Shown piece after piece: positions 38,567 through 48,038 of a DNA stretch of 64,000 nt. The DNA comes from Actinomycetes bacterium. Lineage in GTDB: Bacteria > Actinomycetota > Acidimicrobiia > Acidimicrobiales > Ilumatobacteraceae. Position 1 is the first letter of the stretch. Each line of letters opens with the position of its first letter. The stretch is taken from the NCBI GenBank assembly GCA_031398525.1, contig JANNNL010000018.1:1011-65010 (forward strand). The letters are read 5' to 3'. The notes under the pieces were generated by a model. The model worked only from the letters and a program-made list of their open reading frames with translations. It did not search any database and was not told the DNA's origin. A program made the position numbers and the translations under genes.

Positions 38567-39247
38567 CTACAGTGAGGCGAGGAGTTCGGGGAGTTCGCCG
38601 AGGTGGGTGATGCGGTGGACTCCGGCGGGTGAGTTGGTCCATGGGTCGCCGAAGATGTCGTGCCACACGGGGATCAGCCCGGCGTCGAGCGCGCCGAACA
38701 CATCGCTCTTGATCGAGTCGCCGACGTAGACGGTGCGGTCGGGGGCAACGCCGAGGTGGTTGCAGACGGTCATGAACGCTTCGGGATGCGGCTTGACCGT
38801 GGTATGGGGCGCGGCCAGGCACACCTCGAACCAGTCGTGGAGCCGGAGTCGCTCGGCCTCGGAATCGACCAGGTGATTGTTCGACAGCACCGCCATTCGG
38901 GTCTGGTCGAGCAGGGCGTCGAGCGTTGGAACGGTGGTGGGGAAGAAGCCCACCCACAACTCCTCGTCGAATCGCTTGGCCAGCCGGGCGACCTCGTCGG
39001 CCGACAACCAGTCCAGCACCGTCGGCCAGATGGTCTCTCTGCGGTGGTGAAGCGCCCAGGTATTGCGGTGCCAGACATGGGTGCCGTCGGGCGCCGTCAG
39101 CCAGAGTTCGCGGCGGCAATAGTCCAACAATGCATCCGCGCAACGTTCGTCAACCGTCTCGGCTAAACACGCCGAGACCGAGGAATACCAGTCGATCAGC
39201 GTGTCATCGAGATCGAAAACGACCGCGTCGAAGGAGGGGTGAGCCAA
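38567..39247 (-). CDS. HAD-superfamily hydrolase
   Basis: Motif I VVFDLDDTLIDW and motif IV YVGDSIKSDV. Confidence 0.8.
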   Translation of the reverse strand: MAHPSFDAVVFDLDDTLIDWYSSVSACLAETVDERCADALLDYCRRELWLTAPDGTHVWHRNTWALHHRRETIWPTVLDWLSADEVARLAKRFDEELWVGFFPTTVPTLDALLDQTRMAVLSNNHLVDSEAERLRLHDWFEVCLAAPHTTVKPHPEAFMTVCNHLGVAPDRTVYVGDSIKSDVFGALDAGLIPVWHDIFGDPWTNSPAGVHRITHLGELPELLASL

Positions 39248-39268
39248 AGGTACGAATCGATCAATCGG

Positions 39269-41233
39269 TTATTCGTGGATCACGACGCGGCTGCCCATCG
39301 GCATGTAGTTCTCGGCCCAAATCATGTCCATGGCACTGTTGGTCACCCGGATACAACCATGTGATGCCGGGTAGTTCGGCACGTTCGGGGCCCCGTGGAC
39401 CGCAACGCCGCCTACGACGAAACGGGGTCGATACAGCGTTCCCAGCGAACCTTCATAGCGAGGTTCGTCCGACACTCGGTACACCCGGTACGAGCCGGTC
39501 GGGGTGTAGGCGGTGCCGGACTCGCGGGCACCGGGGACCTTTTTGTTCGGCTCGTCGTAGGTGTAGTTACCGCCGGTCGAGACGTGAATCACCCACACGG
39601 TCTGGCCGCCGCGCACGATGTAGAGCACCTGGTGACCCTTGTCGACCTCGAGGTAGTCGCCGGCGCCCAAGCTCGGGCCCGGTACACACAACGAGGTGTT
39701 GATCCGCGACGCGGTGAGTTCGTCGATCTTCCCGGTGGTCGGTAGGTCGTTGAGGAATTGGAACGCCATCACCGACTGGGTGGTGGTGCTGCCGTAGTTG
39801 CCGTCGGAGCCGGCGTTCCAGTAGCCGAGGTCGCGTAGGCGTGTCTGGGCGTTGGCGACCGCCGATGGCGACGAGCCGATCGTGATGCCGGCCACCGGGT
39901 TGGGGGCGAACCCGACGCAACCCGCCGGGGTGGGGTTGACGTTCTGCGGGGCACCGAACGGCGACGCGGCGAGGGCTCCAACGTAGTAACCGGCGACATC
40001 GGCCAGCACATGACCGCCGCCTTCGAGGAAGACGTCGAAACCGCGAGCCGAGACGGGGACAGTGGCGTGATTGGGCAGCGTCTGGGCCGCCCGAGTGAGA
40101 TTGATGTTCGAGGTCGTCCGACTCTTGACGGCCGGGTCGTTGGCCCCGGCCGGGGTAACGCTGGCGTAGCCCGACTGGAGCGAATCGGTCACCGTCACGT
40201 TGAGCACAACGGCGGCGACATCGGCCCTGTTGATCGCCGGGTTGGTAGTGACGGGGACCTCGGCGTTCCAGTTGGGCAACAACATGCCGGCGACCCCACC
40301 GGGGCTGAGCAGTGCCCGTCGAGTATCGAGAAAGCGGGTAGGCGAGGCCAGCGGGACGAACAAGCCTGCGCCGTCGACCGGGGCGGCCGCACCCGTAAAC
40401 GTGCCGATGAGATCGACGATCAGCTGACCGCCGGTCTCGCCGTAGACGTTGAAGTTGCCGGTCGCATCGAGCGGGACAATGACCTGGTTGGCCGCAGTGT
40501 GCAGGTATCCACGCGAGTTCAGGTTCGACGCGTTCGGACGGGTTTGGCCCGCAGGAAACACCGTCCAATATCCAGCGGAGTTGGCAATTGTCGTGACGTT
40601 GAGCACTGCGGCGGAGGCTCCGGCTCCGTTGGGCACAGTCACCGTGCGGACTTCGTCGGCGGCGATCGCACCCGCTCCTGGGGAGCGGGTATCGAGGATG
40701 CGCTGCGGGCTCGCCAGCGGGACAAACCGTCCGGCCTTCGAAGTGGCTGCGGGGGCATAGTAGCCAAGGAAATCGACCAACAGGTTGCCGCCGGCGGAGC
40801 TGAAAATGTCGACGATGCCGCTGGCCCCAACCGGGACGGTGACGAGGTTGGGGATCGCCAAAGCGTCGCCGTCGAGCGCGGCCCGCTCGTCGATGTTCAG
40901 GTTTGATGCATCGGGAAGCCCCCCGTCGTGAGGAAAGACGGTCCAGTACCCAGGAGCGGAAGGTCCGAGTGCCGTGATGTTGAGCACCGCGGCTGTCACC
41001 CCACTGCCGGGGGCCGGTCGAGGAGCCGCTCCGGTCAAGGTCACCGACACCGTCTGGCCCTCGCCGATCGGCCCGGTCGTCCGCGTATCGAGCAGTCGTT
41101 CAGGGTTGGGGAGTGGCACATACGCTGCCGTCGTGATCGGGGCGGCACCGGCAGCGGTGGGGGCGAGGCTCATGGCCAGCCCCCCGCCGAGAGTGGCCGC
41201 GCTCAACAGCAGTCCGGTTAGACGAGCGCCCAT
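39269..41233 (-). CDS. Secreted L,D-transpeptidase with PG-binding domain and three N-terminal 'LDTR' repeats
   Basis: Signal peptide. Three repeats related to those of 35168-37138 (39980-41122). PG_binding_1-like AVANAQTRLRDLGYWNAGSDGNYGSTTTQSVMAFQ. YkuD catalytic motif SHGCIRV. Confidence 0.8.
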   Translation of the reverse strand: MGARLTGLLLSAATLGGGLAMSLAPTAAGAAPITTAAYVPLPNPERLLDTRTTGPIGEGQTVSVTLTGAAPRPAPGSGVTAAVLNITALGPSAPGYWTVFPHDGGLPDASNLNIDERAALDGDALAIPNLVTVPVGASGIVDIFSSAGGNLLVDFLGYYAPAATSKAGRFVPLASPQRILDTRSPGAGAIAADEVRTVTVPNGAGASAAVLNVTTIANSAGYWTVFPAGQTRPNASNLNSRGYLHTAANQVIVPLDATGNFNVYGETGGQLIVDLIGTFTGAAAPVDGAGLFVPLASPTRFLDTRRALLSPGGVAGMLLPNWNAEVPVTTNPAINRADVAAVVLNVTVTDSLQSGYASVTPAGANDPAVKSRTTSNINLTRAAQTLPNHATVPVSARGFDVFLEGGGHVLADVAGYYVGALAASPFGAPQNVNPTPAGCVGFAPNPVAGITIGSSPSAVANAQTRLRDLGYWNAGSDGNYGSTTTQSVMAFQFLNDLPTTGKIDELTASRINTSLCVPGPSLGAGDYLEVDKGHQVLYIVRGGQTVWVIHVSTGGNYTYDEPNKKVPGARESGTAYTPTGSYRVYRVSDEPRYEGSLGTLYRPRFVVGGVAVHGAPNVPNYPASHGCIRVTNSAMDMIWAENYMPMGSRVVIHE

Positions 41234-41294
41234 TGCTCACAGGTTAGCGATCCGATTCCGTCACATCGTGTGATTCAGCGCGAGACTCGATGTC

Positions 41295-42068
41295 ATGACC
41301 GATCAGCATCTCCTTGTCGAACGATCTGGTGCCATTGTGACCGTCACCCTCAATCGTCCGGAAAAGCGCAACACCCTGGCGATTGACGTGCTCCGCGGCC
41401 TGGGTCAGGTAATGCGCGAGATCGGCGAGGGCGACGCCCGCGGTGTGATTCTCGCCGCCAATGGACCGGTGTTCTCCGCGGGGCACAACTTCGCCGACCT
41501 GTATGACGTGCCGCTCAACGACGTCCGCAAGTTGTTCCAGGTGTGCACCGAGACGATGGACACGATCCAGTCGATCCCCCAGCCGGTCTGCGCCAAGGTG
41601 CATGCACTGGCGACGGCGGCCGGTTGTCAACTCGTTGCGACGTGTGATTTGGCGGTGGCCAGCGACCAAGCGAGCTTCGCGATTCCGGGCGGCAAGGGTG
41701 GACTGTTCTGCCACACCCCGCTCGTCGCCGTTGCCCGCAACGTCGGGCGCAAGCGGGCACTGGAGATGGCGATGACGGGGGATGCGATCGATGCCCAGAC
41801 CGCGGCCGACTGGGGCTTTGTCAATAAGGTCGTGCCTGCCGATGAACTCGACGCGGCGACCGACGACCTGATTCGCCGGGCCACCCGCGGCAGCGCGCTG
41901 TCCAAGGGGATGGGCAAGCAGTCGTTCTATTCCCAGATCGACCTCGACCAACCCAAGGCCTATGCGTACGCAATCGAGATCATGTCGGCCGGAGCCCGCA
42001 CCGAAGATGGACAGGAGGGCATAGCCTCGTTCCTCGAAAAGCGAAAGCCGGTATTCAAGAACCGATAG
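41295..42068 (+). CDS. Enoyl-CoA hydratase/isomerase (crotonase) family protein
   Basis: VTLNRPEKRNTL, FSAGHNF and ATAAGCQLVATCDL motifs. Confidence 0.85.
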   Translation: MTDQHLLVERSGAIVTVTLNRPEKRNTLAIDVLRGLGQVMREIGEGDARGVILAANGPVFSAGHNFADLYDVPLNDVRKLFQVCTETMDTIQSIPQPVCAKVHALATAAGCQLVATCDLAVASDQASFAIPGGKGGLFCHTPLVAVARNVGRKRALEMAMTGDAIDAQTAADWGFVNKVVPADELDAATDDLIRRATRGSALSKGMGKQSFYSQIDLDQPKAYAYAIEIMSAGARTEDGQEGIASFLEKRKPVFKNR

Positions 42069-42125
42069 GCAATTCCTAGCTGAGTCCAATGATCCGACGT
42101 AGCCGTCAGTACCGTAGGGACTCCC

Positions 42126-43181
42126 ATGAGTGTTCGTCGGCCGCGTCCCGGCTGTGCCGCCACCGCTGGGCTAGCCATCTGTGCGCTGGCCATCGCCGGG
42201 TGTGCATCGTCAACATCCTCCACGCCCCAGGTGACGCAATCCTGCGGTTCAGGAACGCCGGTTTCGGGGAGTCCGCTGCGGATCGTGACGACTGTGGCGC
42301 CGCTGACCTCGATTGTCGCCAATATCGCCGGTGGAACGAATGCCCAGGTCACCGGCATCGTCCCCGAGGGAACGAACTCCCATACGTTCGAACCACCCCC
42401 CTCGTCGGTGAAGGCGATTTCCGAGGCCGATGTGGTGTTCATCAATGGGTTGAAGCTTGAAGACCCCATCCGGCGCTTGGCGGCGGCGAACCTGGCGTCG
42501 ACGTCGGAGATCTGCGAACTTGCGACCACGGTGTTGCCCGAGTCGGAGTGGATCTACGACTTCTCCTTCCCTCGGAGCGGCGGTAAACCTAACCCTCATC
42601 TGTGGACGAATCCGCCGATGGCGAAACAGTTTGCCGAGGTAGTGCGCACGACTCTGACGACCCGCGATCCCGCGAACGCAACGACCTACACGGCGAACTA
42701 TGGGGCATTCGCCACGAAGATCGACGCCCTCGACCAGGCGGTGGCGACAGCATCGGATTCCATCGCTCCCGCTGACCGTCAACTGCTGACGTACCACGAT
42801 GCTTACGCGTACTTCGCACGCCAGTACGGCTGGACGGTCGTCGGGGCAATTCAGCCATCATCGTTCACCGAACCGTCACCCAAGGACATTGCCAAACTGA
42901 TCGAGCAGATCGACGATCTGAAGGTCAAGGTCGTCTTTGGTTCGGAAGTGTTTCCTTCTCCGGTGCTCGAGCAGATCGGAGCGGAAACCGATGCCGCGTA
43001 CGTCGACGTATTGCGCGACGACGATCTGCCCGGCGCGCCCGGTGAGCCCGAGCACTCGTGGCTCGGTTTGATGCGCTTCGATTTTGTCACCATGGTCGAC
43101 GCACTCGGCGGAGACTCCACCGGGCTCCGGGCCCTCGACGTTGCCGACGTGGTCACCGACTCGGCGGAGTACCCACAATGA
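42126..43181 (+). CDS. Metal ABC transporter substrate-binding lipoprotein (ZnuA/TroA family)
   Basis: Lipobox-like LAIAGC. The motifs NSHTFEPPP, NPHLW and YHDAYAYF are typical of cluster-9 SBPs. Confidence 0.85.
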   Translation: MSVRRPRPGCAATAGLAICALAIAGCASSTSSTPQVTQSCGSGTPVSGSPLRIVTTVAPLTSIVANIAGGTNAQVTGIVPEGTNSHTFEPPPSSVKAISEADVVFINGLKLEDPIRRLAAANLASTSEICELATTVLPESEWIYDFSFPRSGGKPNPHLWTNPPMAKQFAEVVRTTLTTRDPANATTYTANYGAFATKIDALDQAVATASDSIAPADRQLLTYHDAYAYFARQYGWTVVGAIQPSSFTEPSPKDIAKLIEQIDDLKVKVVFGSEVFPSPVLEQIGAETDAAYVDVLRDDDLPGAPGEPEHSWLGLMRFDFVTMVDALGGDSTGLRALDVADVVTDSAEYPQ

Positions 43182-43960
43182 TTGCGGAACCGCTGGCCAC
43201 CTTTCACCACGTCTCGTTGAGCTATGGCGGGCCGCCCGTGGTGCAACACGTCGATCTGCGGATCGCCCCCGGTGAGTTCCTCGGTGTGGTGGGGCCATCG
43301 GGGTCGGGAAAGACCACCCTGTTGAAGGCGTTGATCGGCCGGTTGACACCCACATTCGGCGTCGTCACCCTGCGACCCGGACTCCGTGTGGGCTATGTGC
43401 CGCAGGTCGAGACGGTCGATTGGAACTTCCCGGTGACGGTCGGCGAGGTCATCCTGATGACCCGTACGGCTCGGCGCTGGTCGCCCCGAGCGACGGCGGC
43501 CGAACGATCAGACGTCAACGATGTACTTGACCGACTCGGGTTGCACGGTCTGGGCAACCGGCATATTCGAGAGCTGTCGGGTGGGCAGCAGCAGCGCGTG
43601 TTCCTTGCTCGGGCGCTGCACCAACGTCCCGATCTATTGGTGCTCGACGAACCAACGTCGGGGGTCGATGTTCGCACCCGCCACGAGATTCTCCACCTCT
43701 TGGCCGATCTCAACGAGGAGGGCACCGGGATCGTTTTGACAACCCACGATCTCAACGGCTTGGCGGCCCATTTACCTCGGTTGGTGTGCTTCAACCGCAC
43801 GGTTGTGGCCGATGGAACCCCGCGGGAGGTGCTCCAGCCGTATGTGTTGGAGCGAACCTTCGGCGCTCCGATGGAGGTATTGGAGCACGGCGGAATGCCC
43901 ATCGTTCTCGACGGTGGCCTCGGGGACGTGGCGCGCCGACTGCGGAGCATCGCCTCGTGA
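43178..43960 (+). CDS. Metal ABC transporter ATP-binding protein
   Basis: Walker A GPSGSGKTT, signature LSGGQQQR and Walker B LLVLDEP. The ATG overlaps the upstream stop (ATGA). Confidence 0.85.
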   Translation: MIAEPLATFHHVSLSYGGPPVVQHVDLRIAPGEFLGVVGPSGSGKTTLLKALIGRLTPTFGVVTLRPGLRVGYVPQVETVDWNFPVTVGEVILMTRTARRWSPRATAAERSDVNDVLDRLGLHGLGNRHIRELSGGQQQRVFLARALHQRPDLLVLDEPTSGVDVRTRHEILHLLADLNEEGTGIVLTTHDLNGLAAHLPRLVCFNRTVVADGTPREVLQPYVLERTFGAPMEVLEHGGMPIVLDGGLGDVARRLRSIAS

Positions 43961-44814
43961 GCTGGATCAGTGAATTCTTCAAGCCGTTCGAATTCGCCTT
44001 TTTCCGCCACGGGCTGATCGTGTCGGTGCTCGCCGGGGCAGTGTGCGGTCTGATCGGCGTGTACGTCGTGCTGCGGTCGATGAGCTACATCGGACATGGT
44101 CTTTCTCATGCCGTTTTCGGTGGCGCCGCCGCCGCAGCCGTGATGAACATCAACTACTTCCTCGGCGCCGGGTTGTGGGGGATTGCATCGGGCCTGGTCA
44201 TTGGTCGGGTCGCTCGTCGGCGGATCATCGGTGCCGACGCGGCGATTGGGGTGGTCACCACGGCGTCGTTCGCCGTTGGGATCGTGCTGTTCAATCGTTT
44301 TGGTCAGGCTCGCCGCAGCCTCGACGCCGTGCTGTTCGGCGACATTCTGGGGGTGGAGCTGAGCGACGTCCTCGTTGTCTCGGGCGTGACACTGATGGTT
44401 GCGGCGATCGTCTGGTTCGGCTATCGCCGGTTGCTCTTCGCGACGTTCGATCCCGAGGTCGCCGATGTGTCGGGGGTCTCGGTCGCCCGAGTCGAAGCGC
44501 TACTGATGACGATGATGGCGCTCACCGTGCTGGTGACCATGCGGGTCATCGGGGTGCTGTTGATCTCGGCCCTGCTGGTGATCCCGGCCTCGACGGCGCG
44601 GATGATGACGAACTCGTTTGCTCGCATGCTGTGGCTGTCTCCGGCAATCGGGATGGTGGCGTGCATGATCGGGATGAACCTCAGCTACCACCTCGACACC
44701 TCGTCAGGGGCAACGATTATCCTGGTCAACGCGCTGTTTTTCGGTATGGCGTTCGTGGGATCGGGCGTCCGTGGCCGTCGCCGCGTAGGGGCGTTGGAAC
44801 ACGCTCACGCCTGA
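43957..44814 (+). CDS. Metal ABC transporter permease (ABC-3 family)
   Basis: The GTG overlaps the upstream stop (GTGA). Polytopic, with FEFAFFRHGL and GHGLSHAVFGG motifs. Confidence 0.85.
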   Translation: MSWISEFFKPFEFAFFRHGLIVSVLAGAVCGLIGVYVVLRSMSYIGHGLSHAVFGGAAAAAVMNINYFLGAGLWGIASGLVIGRVARRRIIGADAAIGVVTTASFAVGIVLFNRFGQARRSLDAVLFGDILGVELSDVLVVSGVTLMVAAIVWFGYRRLLFATFDPEVADVSGVSVARVEALLMTMMALTVLVTMRVIGVLLISALLVIPASTARMMTNSFARMLWLSPAIGMVACMIGMNLSYHLDTSSGATIILVNALFFGMAFVGSGVRGRRRVGALEHAHA

Positions 44815-44842
44815 GTTGCGCGACCAGGTTGTCGCCTGGAGT

Positions 44843-46090
44843 TCAGCCGGTGATTCCCCACACGGGTCCACCGCGGGTGTCTTTCAGCTCGATACCGCGT
44901 TCGGTCAAGCCGTCACGGATCTGATCCGACAGGTCGTAGCGCCCGTCGGCGCGCACTGTTGCACGCAGGGCAATGAGTTGCTCGATGAACGGGGCGACTG
45001 GCTCGCGGGGGTCGCGCAGCCCGCCAATCGCGGCATCGCCCAGCCGGCTGATCATCGACCGCAGCGTGGCCCGGGCGCGGTCGCCCTCATCGGATTGCAG
45101 CGTGTCGGCTGACCAGTTGGTGATCGCCTGCTCGAGTTCGAGGGCCGCCCGAGCTGCTCCGGCGGCATCTCCGCCGGTCATTGCGGCGGCGAAGGCGGCA
45201 TCCCACCGTTCGGCCTCGGCGCCAAGTGAGGCAAGCACCGCTGTGGCGACGGTCGCGATCGGTTCGGCGGCCGGTGGCGCGCCCGCAGCCGTCGTTCCTG
45301 GGCGGCGCAGCACGTCAATCGGCAGGACCGTGCCACTCGGGTACGTGGTCGAGTTACCCCGCACCCGCACGGTCAGGCGTCCGTTGCCGACCACGGTCGC
45401 CGTGTCGGCGTCGAGATCGAGGACCACCCCGGTGTGCTCGTCAACGCCTACGACGTGGGCATCATCGGGGAGTTCGGCCTCGAGCATCGCCAATCGGCGC
45501 TCGCCGAGATAGCAGAAGCGGGTGTCGTGGTGGCCGCCCTCGGCATTGTCGTAATGCGGAATAATCGCCACGTTGAGTCCGAGCGGGCCGAGCAAATCGA
45601 GCCCGTCGAGCCACGCCGGCTCCATACCGACCTTGTAGATCTCGTACACCGGCACCGTGAATCGGCCGAGCGTCAATGCCGCTGCTGACGCGAAGGTCAC
45701 ACCACCGCCCTTGGCGAGCTTCTCGGCCAGGATTCCGGGCACTGAGGAACCTGCCCACTGCCGCAGCGAGTAGGTCGGCGAGCCCGGCCCGGCGAATACG
45801 TAGTCGGCGGCGCGGAGCCGTTGAAGCCCCTGCTCACGAACCACCGGGTCGGCATCGCTCAACCGCAACAGGCCGGCGACGGAGATTGGCCGCTGGACGC
45901 TCTTGGAGAAGTATTCGACGGCCCGCTCGGCCAGCTCAGGAGCATTTTCCTGGAATCCGTACGGGGTGTCGAGCACCACCGCGGCGGTGCCCTTCCCACC
46001 CAGGCGATCGATCAGATCGCGGTGGACTTTCATCATCGTCGGGGCGGTCTCTCCCGATCCCATCAGGGTGAGCAGCCGGGGAAGCGTCAT
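44843..46090 (-). CDS. Peptidase S51/class-I glutamine-amidotransferase-like protein with helical C-terminal extension
   Basis: Start at ATG 46090 (MTLPRLLTLMGSGETAP...). The ORF track extends to 46375, but that region is low-complexity. Confidence 0.5.
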   Translation of the reverse strand: MTLPRLLTLMGSGETAPTMMKVHRDLIDRLGGKGTAAVVLDTPYGFQENAPELAERAVEYFSKSVQRPISVAGLLRLSDADPVVREQGLQRLRAADYVFAGPGSPTYSLRQWAGSSVPGILAEKLAKGGGVTFASAAALTLGRFTVPVYEIYKVGMEPAWLDGLDLLGPLGLNVAIIPHYDNAEGGHHDTRFCYLGERRLAMLEAELPDDAHVVGVDEHTGVVLDLDADTATVVGNGRLTVRVRGNSTTYPSGTVLPIDVLRRPGTTAAGAPPAAEPIATVATAVLASLGAEAERWDAAFAAAMTGGDAAGAARAALELEQAITNWSADTLQSDEGDRARATLRSMISRLGDAAIGGLRDPREPVAPFIEQLIALRATVRADGRYDLSDQIRDGLTERGIELKDTRGGPVWGITG

Positions 46091-47073
46091 GACTGGAATC
46101 CTTCTACGGCCCAATCGAGGAGGGCCGTGGCGAGTCGTTCGGGGAACTGGGCATGGAGATCGTGGTCGGCTGGGTCGAACCAGTCCACTCGTACTCGTGA
46201 TTGCGTGAGACCGGCGACTGCTTTGATCGCTCGGCGCTTGTCGTCGGTCCACGATGCGTCGTTGTTGGCCGCCGGGGCGAGGAGCAGCGGAACTCCGAGC
46301 GCGCCGTACCGCTGCGAGGGGCGGTGTTCCCACAACGCTCGCAGAATCTGCAGATGGCGCTCCAGGCTCAGCCACGGGCGGATGGTGCCGTCGGCGAGCA
46401 CGTCAAAGTTGGCCAGTGAACCTTGGATGCCGGTCTCGGGCCAGTCGGGATGCGCGGCACGGACCATCGCCTCCAGGCGGGTTGCCCGCAGACCGATGAG
46501 GGACGGCGGCCTGAGCAGACGCTCGCAGTCGGCCCACTCGGGGAACTTGTCGGCCAACTCGATGATCCCACCATCGATCGCGGCAACGGCACGAACGGCG
46601 TCGGGACGGCGAAGGGCCAGTTCGATGACCACGTTGCCGCCCCACGATTGGCCAACAACGACCGGCCGATCGAGCCCCTCGGCGGCGATGAGCAACGCCA
46701 AGTCATCGGTGACGGTGGCGAAGTCGTAGCCGTCGTCGGGGGTGTCGGAACGTCCGTGACCGCGCTGGTCGACGGCGATGGCATACCCGCCGTGGGCTGC
46801 GATGGCGGCCGCGCAGCCGTCCCACATCCGGGCATTCGAGGCGAGACCGTGAACGAACAGGAAGGGCGGCTCTGCTCCGGGTGACCCCCAGGTGATGATT
46901 CGTAACGACAGGTCGTTGCGAATCATCACCCGCCGAGTTGTCGTCAGTAGGGTCGTAGGTGTGAGGGTCTCAGTGGGGGTGACGAACTGATCCATGGACG
47001 CGAGTCTGGCGGGCATCCGGGCGGTTCGTGGTGCTTGATCGGTGGCTCGCTCGAAAAGTGCTGCCATGCTCAA
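46087..47073 (-). CDS. Alpha/beta hydrolase
   Basis: FLFVHGLASNARMW, nucleophile elbow GQSWGG and C-terminal DHDLHAQ. Start uncertain. The stop overlaps the downstream ATG (ATGA). Confidence 0.8.
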   Translation of the reverse strand: MSMAALFERATDQAPRTARMPARLASMDQFVTPTETLTPTTLLTTTRRVMIRNDLSLRIITWGSPGAEPPFLFVHGLASNARMWDGCAAAIAAHGGYAIAVDQRGHGRSDTPDDGYDFATVTDDLALLIAAEGLDRPVVVGQSWGGNVVIELALRRPDAVRAVAAIDGGIIELADKFPEWADCERLLRPPSLIGLRATRLEAMVRAAHPDWPETGIQGSLANFDVLADGTIRPWLSLERHLQILRALWEHRPSQRYGALGVPLLLAPAANNDASWTDDKRRAIKAVAGLTQSRVRVDWFDPADHDLHAQFPERLATALLDWAVEGFQS

Positions 47074-47078
47074 GGGTG

Positions 47079-47867
47079 ATGACCAGCACGAAACTCGCGG
47101 CCCTTGAGTCTCGCCTCGCCGAACTCGGTCGTGTGGTGGTGGCCTTCAGCGGCGGCGCAGACTCCGGCTTGCTGGCCTACGTCTCCCACCGAGTGCTCGG
47201 CGCCGCCAACGCCCACGCCGTGACGGCGATATCGCCGAGCCTGGCCGGTGATGAGGAGGCCGACTGCCGAGCGCTGGCCACCGAGTGGGGACTGCGCTGG
47301 ACGCCTGTCGCCACCGACGAAATGGCCCGGGCCGCCTACAGGGCCAACGACACCGACCGCTGCTACCACTGCAAGGCCGAGTTGATGGACGTGGTCGGGC
47401 CGCTGGCGCTCGCGGATGGCGCAACCGTCGTGCTCGGCGTGAACCTCGACGACCTTGGCGACCATCGCCCGGGGCAGGCCGCGGCGGCCGAGCGAGGCGC
47501 ACGGTTCCCGATGGTCGACGCGGGGTTGACGAAGGCCGACGTTCGGGCGCTCTCGGCCGAGTTGGGTCTGCGCACGTGGGACAAACCCGCCGCCGCATGC
47601 CTTGCCTCTCGCATCCCCTACGGCACCCCGGTGTCGTTCCGCACGCTCTCCGCCGTCGATCGCGCCGAATCGGCGCTGCGACGCTTGGGCTTGCGTCAGT
47701 TGCGGGTCCGCCATTACGACGAACTCGCTCGGATCGAAGTGGAACTTGACGACCTTGCGGCGGTGGTCGCCCGTCGCGCCGAGGTCGTCGATGCGGTGAA
47801 GTCGGCCGGCTACCGATACGTCACTCTCGATCTCGAGGGCTTCCGCAGCGGCAACCTCAACGGCTAA
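47079..47867 (+). CDS. PP-loop ATP pyrophosphatase, LarE-like sulfur transferase family
   Basis: PP-loop VVAFSGGADS, CYHCK motif and AACLASRIPYG motif. Confidence 0.7.
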   Translation: MTSTKLAALESRLAELGRVVVAFSGGADSGLLAYVSHRVLGAANAHAVTAISPSLAGDEEADCRALATEWGLRWTPVATDEMARAAYRANDTDRCYHCKAELMDVVGPLALADGATVVLGVNLDDLGDHRPGQAAAAERGARFPMVDAGLTKADVRALSAELGLRTWDKPAAACLASRIPYGTPVSFRTLSAVDRAESALRRLGLRQLRVRHYDELARIEVELDDLAAVVARRAEVVDAVKSAGYRYVTLDLEGFRSGNLNG

Positions 47868-48038
47868 CCGAATCCAGTCGAGTTCTGGTGGCGAATCGTG
47901 ACGCTTTGCGTCGCAGGCCGCAACCAAAGTGTGGCGGGTGTAGGTCACCCCGATGCCACTGCGGCTCCGCTGAATGACTAGCCGGTCTCCTGCGGGTCGG
48001 CTTCGTGGGGACTCCGCCACAAGTCGTACGGTACGAAC

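Noticed and set aside
37827-39143. 438-aa minus-strand ORF overlapping the MATE transporter and HAD hydrolase
   Set aside because: It crosses a gene boundary, is Arg/Pro-rich, and conflicts with two confidently assigned genes on defined strands.
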